From NCBI GenBank assembly GCA_945875805.1, contig CAMCLY010000001.1:197-64196 (forward strand): a stretch of DNA of 64,000 nucleotides, in the 5' to 3' direction. Position numbers and translations under genes: made by a program. Under the pieces are notes generated by a model, which was not told where the DNA came from, made no database searches, and saw only the letters and a program-made list of their open reading frames with translations. Positions 18,091 through 27,029 of the stretch are shown here, one piece after another. Every line of letters starts with the position of its first letter. Positions within the stretch are counted from its first letter, which is position 1. Origin of the DNA: an uncultured Myxococcales bacterium (lineage in GTDB: Bacteria > Myxococcota_A > Bradymonadia > UBA4248).

Positions 18091-19378
18091 TGCGCAAACT
18101 CGGGATGCGAGAGGACGCGTCCGTGCGAGGATCGTTGCCGACTTCGTTCAGACGGTGCATCACATCCATAAAATTCCCTGTGACGTTCATTTCCGAAACA
18201 TGCGTCGTCAACTCGCCGTGTTCGATGGCGACCCCGACAATGCCATACGAAAAGTCGCCGCGCACGGTGTCCTGATTGCCGCCCAAAAATGAAATGACAT
18301 AGACGCCGTCCTGGACGTCGCGAATCATCTCGTCGAGACCGCGCGCGCCGGGGGTGAGCACGAGGTTGGTTTGTTCTCCGGTCGTCGCGTCGAGACCGAG
18401 TTTGCGCGCCGAATAGTTGTCCAGATAATACTGGGTCAGCACGCCGTGGTCGAATATGGCTCGCGGTTGGGTCGCCATGCCCTCGCCGTCATACAGACGC
18501 GAGCGCATTCCGCGCACCAGATGCGGCGAGTCGTGAAGATCAAAAAGTTTGGACGCCACGGTCTGGCCGATTTTGCCTTCAAAGTAAGACTGTCGGTTGA
18601 CGAGGGCGTTGCCAAACGCCGGAATGATGAATCGACCGACAAATTGTCCCGCACACCGTCTGTCGAGGATAAGCGTGCGTCGGCCCGAGGCGATTTTCTT
18701 TTGATCCGTTTTTAGGGCGATATAACGCGCAGCATCGGCGGCCTGCACTTCAAACGGTTCCATGTCGGAGGCATGCTTCGCCTGGGAATAGCCGTATTCC
18801 GAGATTTTTTTCTCGCCATTGCCGACGACGTATTCACACATGCTCATGGCGAGCGTGGTCTTTCGTGAACCGTAGAATCCGTTGGACGTCGCGCTGAAGG
18901 ATTCATTGACCGTTGCCCCAAAAGAAATCGTCGTGTCGATGGGCGAAATGTCCTTGCGCGCAAGCGCAACGTCCTCAAACTGACGACATTTTTGGACGAG
19001 ATCGTCGGGGCGAAGCGCCGCCACGGCTTCGTCGTATTGTTCGAGGTCGAGTTCGGCGCGTCCCGTATACCGCGAAGGATCGGCCAGACCGCGCGCAGGA
19101 TCGCGTTCGAGAAGACGCGTCATGGCGATGCCTTTGCCAATAAACGCGTCGACGCTTTCGTCGCGAAGATCGGACGTCGTGTAGACGCCGTATTTGCCAT
19201 CGACAAAAAGACGAAGAACCAGGGAGGACTGACCCGCACTCGAAAGCGTGTCCACCTTGGATTTGCGCCACTGCGCCTCGACATCCTGACTGCGAGCCAC
19301 GGAGGCATAGACCGCGTCCGCCCCCTGCTTCTGGGCAACTTCAATGGCGCGTGAGGCGATATCCTTAAATTCTGCCAT
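18062..19378 (-). CDS. pmbA: Metalloprotease PmbA/TldE.
   Basis: The 439-aa ORF is read from MAEFKDIASRAIEVAQKQGAD in the PmbA_TldD family. GGAGG lies 9 nt upstream. The tldD stop TGA abuts the start. Confidence 0.8.
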   Translation of the reverse strand: MAEFKDIASRAIEVAQKQGADAVYASVARSQDVEAQWRKSKVDTLSSAGQSSLVLRLFVDGKYGVYTTSDLRDESVDAFIGKGIAMTRLLERDPARGLADPSRYTGRAELDLEQYDEAVAALRPDDLVQKCRQFEDVALARKDISPIDTTISFGATVNESFSATSNGFYGSRKTTLAMSMCEYVVGNGEKKISEYGYSQAKHASDMEPFEVQAADAARYIALKTDQKKIASGRRTLILDRRCAGQFVGRFIIPAFGNALVNRQSYFEGKIGQTVASKLFDLHDSPHLVRGMRSRLYDGEGMATQPRAIFDHGVLTQYYLDNYSARKLGLDATTGEQTNLVLTPGARGLDEMIRDVQDGVYVISFLGGNQDTVRGDFSYGIVGVAIEHGELTTHVSEMNVTGNFMDVMHRLNEVGNDPRTDASSRIPSLRIDDVSFSGT

Positions 19379-19380
19379 GA

Positions 19381-20922
19381 TCAGTGACCTCCCACGGTGA
19401 TGGATGAAACGAGAACCGACGGCATCCCCAACGAAACGGGCACACTCTGGCCGTCCTTGCCGCACGTCCAGCCGCCTTTGTGACGCTGGAAATCGTTGGC
19501 CACCATCGTGATCTTCGACAGCGTGTCTGGACCGTTGCCAATGATGTTGACGTCCTTGATCGGCGCGGTAATCTTGCCGTCCTCAATGAGAAATCCGTTT
19601 TTGACATAGAACGTGTAGTCGCCCGGACCGATGTAAACCTGGCCGTTCGTAAACGTGCGACAATAGACGCCGTACTTGATCCCGCGGATGAGTTCCTCAA
19701 ACTCGTGCGTGCCGTTATCCATACACGTGACGCGCATGCGCGGTTTCGGATAAAACTTGTAGGACTCGCGGCGTCCGTTGCCGGTCGGCGCCACCCCATA
19801 AAATCGCGCGCTGATCTTGTCGTGCAGGTAACTCCTGAGCACGCCGTTCTCGACCAGAACCGTCTTTTGACCCGGGGTGCCCTCGTCATCGACGTTGAGC
19901 GCGCCCCGCGATTTTTCAAAAAGACCAGAGTCGTAAATCGTCACTTCGTCCGACGCCACTCTCTGGTTCATCTTCGTCGCAAAAATGCTCGCTTCCTTGC
20001 GGTTAAAATCGGCTTCAAGTCCATGACCGATCGCTTCGTGGAGTAAAATCCCGCTCGCTCCGGCCCCGAGAACGACAGGCCATTCCCCACCTTTGGGTTT
20101 GACCGCTTCAAACAAAATGCGCGTGTCGGCAATCGCCTCGTCGATCATCTCCTCCACGCGTTCCGGCGTGATGGCTTCAAAACTGTCCAGATCCGCAAAA
20201 TTGCTGCCGTTGGACTGAATTTCCTCACCATGCTTGATGACCGTGTTCATCCTGAGGCTGTAGTACGGTTTGTTGTCAAATGCGTCGATCCCGTCGGACG
20301 TGTTGACCATCGTCGTGCGCTGTTGCCACGAGATCGTCACCTGAACCTGGATGATCTCGGGATCTTTGGCGCGCGCTTTGGCATCGATCGTCTGGAGTAA
20401 CGATACCGCCCGCGTCACGTCGAGCGCATCCCAGTCAATGGCGAGATCGTAATACCGCTTGAACTCCAGAGACTCGCGCCGACGGATGTCCGAGGCGCGG
20501 ACGCCAGGCGCGATGGCCGCCGCCGCATCCGCCGCCGCCAGCAGATCTTCGGGCAAAAACGATTCGGAATAGCCATATCCCGCCTGTTCGCCGCATACAC
20601 AGCGCACCCCCATCCCCAGCTCGACGCCGGAATACGCCTGCGTCACCTTGCCATCCAGCAACGCCACCGTCCCCCTGCGCGTGTGCTCAAAAAATAACTC
20701 GCCCCAATCTCCGCCGCGCGACAGCGCACGGCCAAGAACGCGATCGATCACGTCTCGCGTTATCCCGAACTTTGAGGCAAAATAATCGCTGACGGGCGCC
20801 GACGCGGCGCCCTGAGATGGGTTCATCAATACCTCCTTGGGTGAGGCCGCACAGCCAACCAGCGAGGCCCCGGCGGCCGCAAGGGCGCCCGTCGCAAGAA
20901 ATTGACGGCGAGTCCAGTTCAT
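19381..20922 (-). CDS. tldD: Metalloprotease TldD carrying a Tat signal and lipobox. It is a predicted Tat-exported lipoprotein.
   Basis: The N-terminus MNWTRRQFLATGALAAAGASLVGCAAS has a twin-arginine motif TRRQFLA and lipobox LVGC. The TldD HExxxGH region is present (LLHEAIGHGLEADF). RBS GAAGGAGAA. Confidence 0.8.
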   Translation of the reverse strand: MNWTRRQFLATGALAAAGASLVGCAASPKEVLMNPSQGAASAPVSDYFASKFGITRDVIDRVLGRALSRGGDWGELFFEHTRRGTVALLDGKVTQAYSGVELGMGVRCVCGEQAGYGYSESFLPEDLLAAADAAAAIAPGVRASDIRRRESLEFKRYYDLAIDWDALDVTRAVSLLQTIDAKARAKDPEIIQVQVTISWQQRTTMVNTSDGIDAFDNKPYYSLRMNTVIKHGEEIQSNGSNFADLDSFEAITPERVEEMIDEAIADTRILFEAVKPKGGEWPVVLGAGASGILLHEAIGHGLEADFNRKEASIFATKMNQRVASDEVTIYDSGLFEKSRGALNVDDEGTPGQKTVLVENGVLRSYLHDKISARFYGVAPTGNGRRESYKFYPKPRMRVTCMDNGTHEFEELIRGIKYGVYCRTFTNGQVYIGPGDYTFYVKNGFLIEDGKITAPIKDVNIIGNGPDTLSKITMVANDFQRHKGGWTCGKDGQSVPVSLGMPSVLVSSITVGGH

Positions 20923-21071
20923 CGGGTTTCTCCTTCGATAGGGGACGGCCAATGCCGCCGAGTTCTCATGTTGAGTAGCCTGAAAAAAAAAGGCGCGGCG
21001 TATCGAGGCCCATGGCCGAGATAGCCGCGCCCGCAAGCCCGTATCCGACAGGATAGGGCGCGTCCAAACCC

Positions 21072-21599
21072 TCAAAGACCGCCGCGTATCTTCCACGCAC
21101 CGTCTTCCTTGACGAGCGTCATACGGTTCGTGTCATTTTTGGATTGCCAGTACGATTGCCCCGCCACTTCATAGCGGAAATTCCAGATGTACTGATAGTC
21201 GACGTAGTATTCCATGCCCTCGTGCGTCAGTTGCTTGATTTGAATGATAAAACGAATATCCTTTACGGATTGCACGAGATAGTCGTTAAATATTTCATCA
21301 AGACGTTCGTTGCCATAATCATCGGTCAGATCGTCGGTCGTCGATGCGTTCTCGTAGTATTCCTTGGAAATCATCGAACGCAACGTGGCCACGTCCTTTT
21401 GGGCCATCGCATCGCGGTATTTTTGCACCGTCCGGAGTATCTCGACGTGGGGATCCTCGTCGGGGATTTGCGACGCCTCATCAATGGAAAAATAATACGG
21501 TTGTCCGAAATCGCTCGTCTCGAGCATGCTCGCTCCGCATCCCGAAAGACTTATGGCGAGTGCGGCGGCGATGAAAAGTGTTTTGAGTTTGACGACCAT
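21072..21599 (-). CDS. Small lipoprotein, NTF2/SnoaL-like. The function is hypothetical.
   Basis: The signal MVVKLKTLFIAAALAISLSGC is a lipobox. The protein is 175 aa with no catalytic motif. Confidence 0.5.
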   Translation of the reverse strand: MVVKLKTLFIAAALAISLSGCGASMLETSDFGQPYYFSIDEASQIPDEDPHVEILRTVQKYRDAMAQKDVATLRSMISKEYYENASTTDDLTDDYGNERLDEIFNDYLVQSVKDIRFIIQIKQLTHEGMEYYVDYQYIWNFRYEVAGQSYWQSKNDTNRMTLVKEDGAWKIRGGL

Positions 21600-21835
21600 G
21601 TTTTTTCCACGGGTTCAGGATATGTCAAAAAACGGGGCGTATTAAGTGCGATCGACGCGCAAATGCAAGTTTTTTACGTTCGCCGCCGACATGGCACGCA
21701 CACGTAAGGAAATAGAATTTGGGCGGGCATTATTCCGACCGGTCGCCGCCTCATGAAACGTGAAAAGGCCACGCAGCATGACACCGCGCGGCCCTTCTCC
21801 CGCATCTCAGGGAAAAATCCCAAAACCATGAACGC

Positions 21836-22630
21836 TTAGGCAATCGCGCTGACGGGCTCCAGGGTGGCCACCATCGTTTCGGCCTGGTGAAGCATCGCGT
21901 CGTCGTCGACGTCCTGCCAACGCAAATCGCCAATATCCTGGACGGCCATCCGACCGGTCTGCATCAGCGTGGCTATCCCTTCAGACAGCGAGCAGTCGTC
22001 CGATGACGAAAGATTACGCGCCTGCTCAAGCGCCTGGAAAAGCGCCGGCGTGCAGATGAAAAGCCCCGTGTCCACCGCGTTAAATTCGCCGATGTTTTTG
22101 CCAATCGATGCCACTCGCCCATCCCTGACCAGCACCTTCGTCGCATCGTCCATGTCAAACACCTCGTCGAGCTTGTAATCCACACACAGCAACGCCCCGT
22201 CTTTGGGCGGAATCGTGCGCGCCGCACGTTCGAGCATCTCAGGGTCAAAAATGTGATCCGCCATCGTCAGGATAAAATTGCCGCGGACCGCAGAACGCGC
22301 ACACAACACGCTCAGACCGTTCGACTTGCGATATTCAGGGTTGAACACAAACGTTACACGCACGGGGATGTGACGGCAGTCCTCGCGGAGCGTCGACTCC
22401 AGAATCGGCGCGTGATAACCGGTCACCACGATGACCTCCTCAATCCCGCAATCCGCAAGATGCTGGATGTTGCGCTGGATAAGACTCATACCACCCACGA
22501 GCTTGAGGGGCTTGATGTCCTCGGATGTCTTTGCCAGCCTGCTGCCAAGACCCGCCGCAAGAATGACCGCCTGTTTCGGCGTGTCGTCGGCAAATGAAAG
22601 AAGACGGTTGGCTTTCGTGAGTTCTAACAT
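21836..22630 (-). CDS. Sugar-phosphate nucleotidyltransferase (NTP_transferase family), possibly CTP:inositol-1-phosphate or phosphocholine cytidylyltransferase.
   Basis: The N-terminal motif AVILAAGLGSRL is present in a 264-aa protein with GAGG RBS. It sits 480 bp from the MIPS gene on the same strand. Confidence 0.6.
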   Translation of the reverse strand: MLELTKANRLLSFADDTPKQAVILAAGLGSRLAKTSEDIKPLKLVGGMSLIQRNIQHLADCGIEEVIVVTGYHAPILESTLREDCRHIPVRVTFVFNPEYRKSNGLSVLCARSAVRGNFILTMADHIFDPEMLERAARTIPPKDGALLCVDYKLDEVFDMDDATKVLVRDGRVASIGKNIGEFNAVDTGLFICTPALFQALEQARNLSSSDDCSLSEGIATLMQTGRMAVQDIGDLRWQDVDDDAMLHQAETMVATLEPVSAIA

Positions 22631-22869
22631 GGAAATGCCTCATCCATTGCGAGCGCATTCGCGCCCTATCTATATCAAATTCTTAAATCCAGAAATTCTG
22701 CGACCAGAACCGCGGAGAACAACCCCCGCACGGAATGCGTCCGGCCCGGTCGGCCAGGCCCCTATGTCAATAATCGCGCCAGATCGCCTGTTGGGCAAAA
22801 TTTTTTTTAAACCTTCCACCACATCCTCACGAACCTTATGCTCAGTGGAAAGCCGCATTTCTTTGGGCT

Positions 22870-22990
22870 GGTGGGGGAAGTGTCCCCCCAACGCCGCTAT
22901 TTGCCTGCGGCAAATACGCGTCGCCCCCCTCGCCTCTCCCCCCGGCCCCCTCTCCAGCGGAGAGGGGGAGAAACGCGTCACCCGGGGGCT
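22870..22990. repeat. Composite intergenic repeat, copy A. It comprises the G5/C6 hairpin GGGGGAAGTGTCCCCCC, a REP hairpin GCTATTTGCC-tgc-GGCAAATACGC, a C-rich tract, and the hairpin CTCTCCagcGGAGAG.
   Basis: It is near-identical in layout to 55636-55745 (copy B). The distal hairpin has compensatory changes. Confidence 0.7.
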
Positions 22991-23037
22991 CGTCTCAAAA
23001 AGCCATCGAGCCATAAACCAAATCCCAGAGGGCGGAT

Positions 23038-23068
23038 ACAAAAAGGGCGACCCTTTGGGCCGCCCTTA
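23038..23068 (-). terminator. Rho-independent terminator of ino1.
   Basis: On the minus strand GGGCGGCCC-aaa-GGGTCGCCC is followed by UUUU, immediately after the stop at 23111. Confidence 0.45.
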
Positions 23069-23110
23069 AAAGTGTCACCTGCTTGCGCCGGTTTGAAAAA
23101 AAGTGGAGTA

Positions 23111-24430
23111 CTATTTATCCTCTTCGGCGTAGTAGTCCAGACCGAGGTGCGTGATCAGCTCTTCGCCCATGATGTAACGAAGCGTGTTCTTGTACTTCGT
23201 CTTCTGGATGAAGAGATCGTGCTCCGGATAAAGACCTTCGCGGCACTGCGGGCTCTTGAAGAAGAAGGACAGCCATTCCTGGATGCCATAAAAACCACAG
23301 CGTTGCGCCAGATCCATCGAAAGCGCAATGTCAAGCGCGACGGGAGCCGCAAGAATGGAGTCACGGCAGAGGAAGTTGATCTTGATCTGCATCGGATAGC
23401 CAAGCCAGCCAAAAATATCGATGTTGTCCCAGCCTTCTTTGGCATCACCGCGAGGCGGATAATACTCAATGCGGACTTTGTGATAGTACTTGCTGTAAAG
23501 ATCCGGGAAGGTCTTGCCGTCGAGAATGTGCTCGATAACCGAAAGTTTGGACACTTCCTTGGTCTTGAACGAACCCGGATCGTCGAGAACTTCGCCGTCG
23601 CGGTTGCCGAGAATGTTCGTCGAAAACCAGCCGTTGAGACCAAGACAACGGGCGCGAAGTCCAGGCGCGACGATCGTCTTCATCAGCGTCTGGCCCGTCT
23701 TGAAGTCTTTGCCCATGATGGCGACTTTTTCGCGTTTGGACAGCTCGACGATCGCGGGAATGTCCACCGTCAGGTTCGGGGCTCCGTTGGCATAAGGCAC
23801 ACCGCTCGAAATCGCCGCATACGCATAAATCATCGACGGAGAAATACGAGGATCGTTGTCCTTCATCGCTTTTTCAAGCGCCGCCACGCTCTGGTGGCAT
23901 TCCTCGCACGGCGTGTAGCATTCCGTCGAACCACACCAAAGCATCAACAGACGATCACAGCCATTGTCGGCTTTGAACTTCGCAATGTCGTCCTTCACCA
24001 TCTGGACGAGATCCCACTTCGTCGGCGCCGATTTCGCGTGCTTGACTTCGAGATTGTGGCAGTAGTTGTGATCAAATACCGCGTCCATCGGCTTGATCGC
24101 TTCCAACTGCGCACGGATCGGATCGAGATGCTTGTCTTCGAGAACGCCAGAGCGTTTGCATACTTCGTACGCATTCTCACCATGGATGTCCCACGCCCCA
24201 AAAACGATGTCCTTGAGCTCCGTAAGCGGGACAAAATCCTTGATAAGGGGATTGCGGTTTTCCGTCCGTTTGCCAAGGCGGATGCGTCCCATCTGTGTCA
24301 CGGAGCCAATCGGAAGCCCGTTGCCCGCCAACACGTCAAACACGCCGGCGATCATCGTCGTCGACACCGCACCAAGACCCGGAATGAGAATACCCAATTT
24401 GCCATTTGCTGGTTTGACTGTTACTGCCAT
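23111..24430 (-). CDS. ino1: myo-inositol-1-phosphate synthase.
   Basis: The 439-aa ORF has MIPS core motifs (GLGAVSTTMIAG NAD-binding, conserved ...SYNHLGNNDG-like and C-terminal regions) and the typical length. Confidence 0.85.
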   Translation of the reverse strand: MAVTVKPANGKLGILIPGLGAVSTTMIAGVFDVLAGNGLPIGSVTQMGRIRLGKRTENRNPLIKDFVPLTELKDIVFGAWDIHGENAYEVCKRSGVLEDKHLDPIRAQLEAIKPMDAVFDHNYCHNLEVKHAKSAPTKWDLVQMVKDDIAKFKADNGCDRLLMLWCGSTECYTPCEECHQSVAALEKAMKDNDPRISPSMIYAYAAISSGVPYANGAPNLTVDIPAIVELSKREKVAIMGKDFKTGQTLMKTIVAPGLRARCLGLNGWFSTNILGNRDGEVLDDPGSFKTKEVSKLSVIEHILDGKTFPDLYSKYYHKVRIEYYPPRGDAKEGWDNIDIFGWLGYPMQIKINFLCRDSILAAPVALDIALSMDLAQRCGFYGIQEWLSFFFKSPQCREGLYPEHDLFIQKTKYKNTLRYIMGEELITHLGLDYYAEEDK

Positions 24431-24737
24431 TGTCTTCTATGCCTTATAAAATAATGGTGCCCCGAAAAGTTCGGGGCGAGGAACCTGACACATCGTAACG
24501 TGCGATGCGCGGTAAACAAACTGGCGGTTGCGTCTAGCAAATTTTAGTCCAAGTTTCGATAAAACGTTTTTTTGCCGCGAGGCGCGCCCCCGTGACTATT
24601 TTTAACGCTTTAAAGGCCATTTTCGAGTATCACCGCCTCCGCGCGTCCTCTTCTGGATGCTATCATTATAATAATGTCTGCGATCCGGGATCGGCGTACA
24701 CACCGTTTCGCAGAAATTAGCACGTGTCTCGTCGCCG

Positions 24738-25466
24738 GTGTCCATGGAAGTGTTGGTGTCGATGTCTGCCCCCGCTGTATCCCCTGTTCTCCAGAGTGCG
24801 TCAGGTGAACGCTCATTGCCAAAGTCTGACGACCGCCTGACGGTCGTCCCCGTCGGAACCCCGACGTCGCCATTTTATGTCTATATCTATGCGGACGTCC
24901 TCGACGAACTGCGTTTTAACGCGACTTCCCGCGCCGCGCGCGGGATGCTTCTGGGGGCCTTTCATCCCTTTTTTGTCTTCGGGCCAATCGCGTTCGATGA
25001 CAAAACATCCGACGGGCAGGGAAAAATCACTCCCCAAACGGATAATCCTCCCCCCACTGTGGATAAAACACAGGACACCCCCGCGAACGACATTCCTGCC
25101 GAAAAAAAACTTCCCACCTGCAACGGCTATGTCGAAATCACCGCGTTCAGGGATGTCTTTTCGACTTCCGACGCCTTGGATTACGCCGGTTATCTGCGGC
25201 GTATCCGCAATTTCAGAACCTCCGACACCGACGAGGTCGTCCTGGGCGCTGTGGCCATGGGGCAGGGCGTCTCGGAGCTCTCGCTCGAAGACCTCATGCT
25301 CCAGAGAAGCTATTTTGCCAGACCCTACCAGGTCGCTCTCTTTGTCGATTCCGACCAGGAGGCGCCATGTCTTTACTGGCTCGATGAGGACGGCAATTTC
25401 GTTCGGACGGGATATTTTGTCGTCACCGCACGCGACAATCCCGATTCCCGCGAGACCAACCCATAA
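24738..25466 (+). CDS. Hypothetical protein. The start is uncertain (GTG at 24738 or ATG at 24744).
   Basis: The 242-aa ORF has strong GC3 bias in this frame. No motif was recognised. There is no clear RBS. Confidence 0.4.
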   Translation: MSMEVLVSMSAPAVSPVLQSASGERSLPKSDDRLTVVPVGTPTSPFYVYIYADVLDELRFNATSRAARGMLLGAFHPFFVFGPIAFDDKTSDGQGKITPQTDNPPPTVDKTQDTPANDIPAEKKLPTCNGYVEITAFRDVFSTSDALDYAGYLRRIRNFRTSDTDEVVLGAVAMGQGVSELSLEDLMLQRSYFARPYQVALFVDSDQEAPCLYWLDEDGNFVRTGYFVVTARDNPDSRETNP

Positions 25467-25727
25467 AATCTCTTCTCCGTGCCTTCAATGGGCTCCCACC
25501 TCTTTTAACCCTCACGGATAAGCGAGATGTGATACCCAATGTTCTGGCCAAAATCTGAGCCCGCCATCAAAGCGCACACCAGAACGCAAGCTGCCGTCAG
25601 AAATGAGAACACCGCGTTCAAGCCGTTGTCACGTCTCGTTTACAGGTATATACAGCAGGTCTTCAATTCTCAGAGGTGCTTTTGCCGGCACCGACGTTTC
25701 AAATAAACAAAAACTCATAGAGTAACC

Positions 25728-27023
25728 ATGACAGAAATCATCGATGTATACGCGCGCGAAATTCTCGATTCCCGTGGCAACCCGACCATAGAAGTCGATG
25801 TCACTTTGGCCGACGGCTCCAAAGGACGCGCCAGCGTGCCGTCCGGTGTTTCGACCGGGATTCATGAAGCCGTCGAACTGCGCGACAAGGACATCAAGCG
25901 TTACGGCGGAAAAGGCGTACACAAAGCCGTCGAAAGCATACGAAACATCATTGCTCCGGAGATCAACGGCATCGACGCGACCGAACAGGATCTCATCGAC
26001 CGCATGATGTGCCACCTGGATGACACCGAAAACAAAGCCATGCTCGGGGCCAATGCCATCCTCGCCGTTTCCCTGTCGGTCGCCAAGGCGGCCGCCGAGA
26101 GCCTCGAAATGCCCCTTTACCGTTACCTGGGCGGCGTGCAGGCAAACAGTCTGCCCGTCCCACTGTGCAGCCTTATCACGGGCGGACCGCATGTCGACAA
26201 CGACCTCGACATTCAGGAGTTCGCCATCGCGCCCGTCGGGTTGCCGACGTTTTCGGAGGCCATCCGCGCTTCAAGCGAAGTCGCTCACGCCATGCGGACC
26301 ATCCTCCACGAAAAGGGACTCTCCACCGCCGTCGTCGACGAGGGCGGGTTCGCCCCTCAGATCGCCCATGCCGCCGAAGCCCTCGACCTCATCATGGCCG
26401 CCATCACCAAGGTCGGTTACGTGCCGGGCAAAGAATTTTTCATTTCCATGGATTGCGCCGCCAGCGAATTCTATTGCCCCAACGACAAGGTTTATGAATT
26501 GCGCGGCGAAGGGCTCTCGCTCAAAAGCGACCAGCTCGCGGACTTCTATGACGGAATCTTTAAAAATTATCCCATTTTTGCCGTCGAAGACCCGTTCGAG
26601 CAAAATGACTGGAACGCATGGCGCGCTTATGCCGCCAGACACGAGGACATCCACGTGCTGGGCGATGACCTCTTCGTCACCAGCGCGCGCCTTCTGCAAC
26701 GGGGCATAGACCTCAACGCCGCCAACGGAATCGTCATCAAACCCAATCAGATCGGAACCCTCACCGAGGCCCTTGAGGCCGTCCGCATCGCTCAGAGAAA
26801 CGGCCTCATCACCGTGATCAGTCACCGTGCCGGCGAGACCGAGGACACCTTCATCGCCGACTTGTGCGTCGCCACCAACAGCCGGATCCTCAAAACCGGC
26901 GGTATCGCGCGCTCCGAACGCGTCGCCAAATACAACCAGCTCCTGCGTATCGAAGAAGCACTGGGCGACGATGCCCACTATGTCTCGCATTTCGCCAGAC
27001 GCCCAAAAATCATCGGGCGGTAA
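25728..27023 (+). CDS. eno: Enolase (phosphopyruvate hydratase).
   Basis: The N-terminus is MTEIIDVYAREILDSRGNPTIEVDV. The full 431-aa enolase is present. Confidence 0.95.
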   Translation: MTEIIDVYAREILDSRGNPTIEVDVTLADGSKGRASVPSGVSTGIHEAVELRDKDIKRYGGKGVHKAVESIRNIIAPEINGIDATEQDLIDRMMCHLDDTENKAMLGANAILAVSLSVAKAAAESLEMPLYRYLGGVQANSLPVPLCSLITGGPHVDNDLDIQEFAIAPVGLPTFSEAIRASSEVAHAMRTILHEKGLSTAVVDEGGFAPQIAHAAEALDLIMAAITKVGYVPGKEFFISMDCAASEFYCPNDKVYELRGEGLSLKSDQLADFYDGIFKNYPIFAVEDPFEQNDWNAWRAYAARHEDIHVLGDDLFVTSARLLQRGIDLNAANGIVIKPNQIGTLTEALEAVRIAQRNGLITVISHRAGETEDTFIADLCVATNSRILKTGGIARSERVAKYNQLLRIEEALGDDAHYVSHFARRPKIIGR

Positions 27024-27029
27024 AATATC

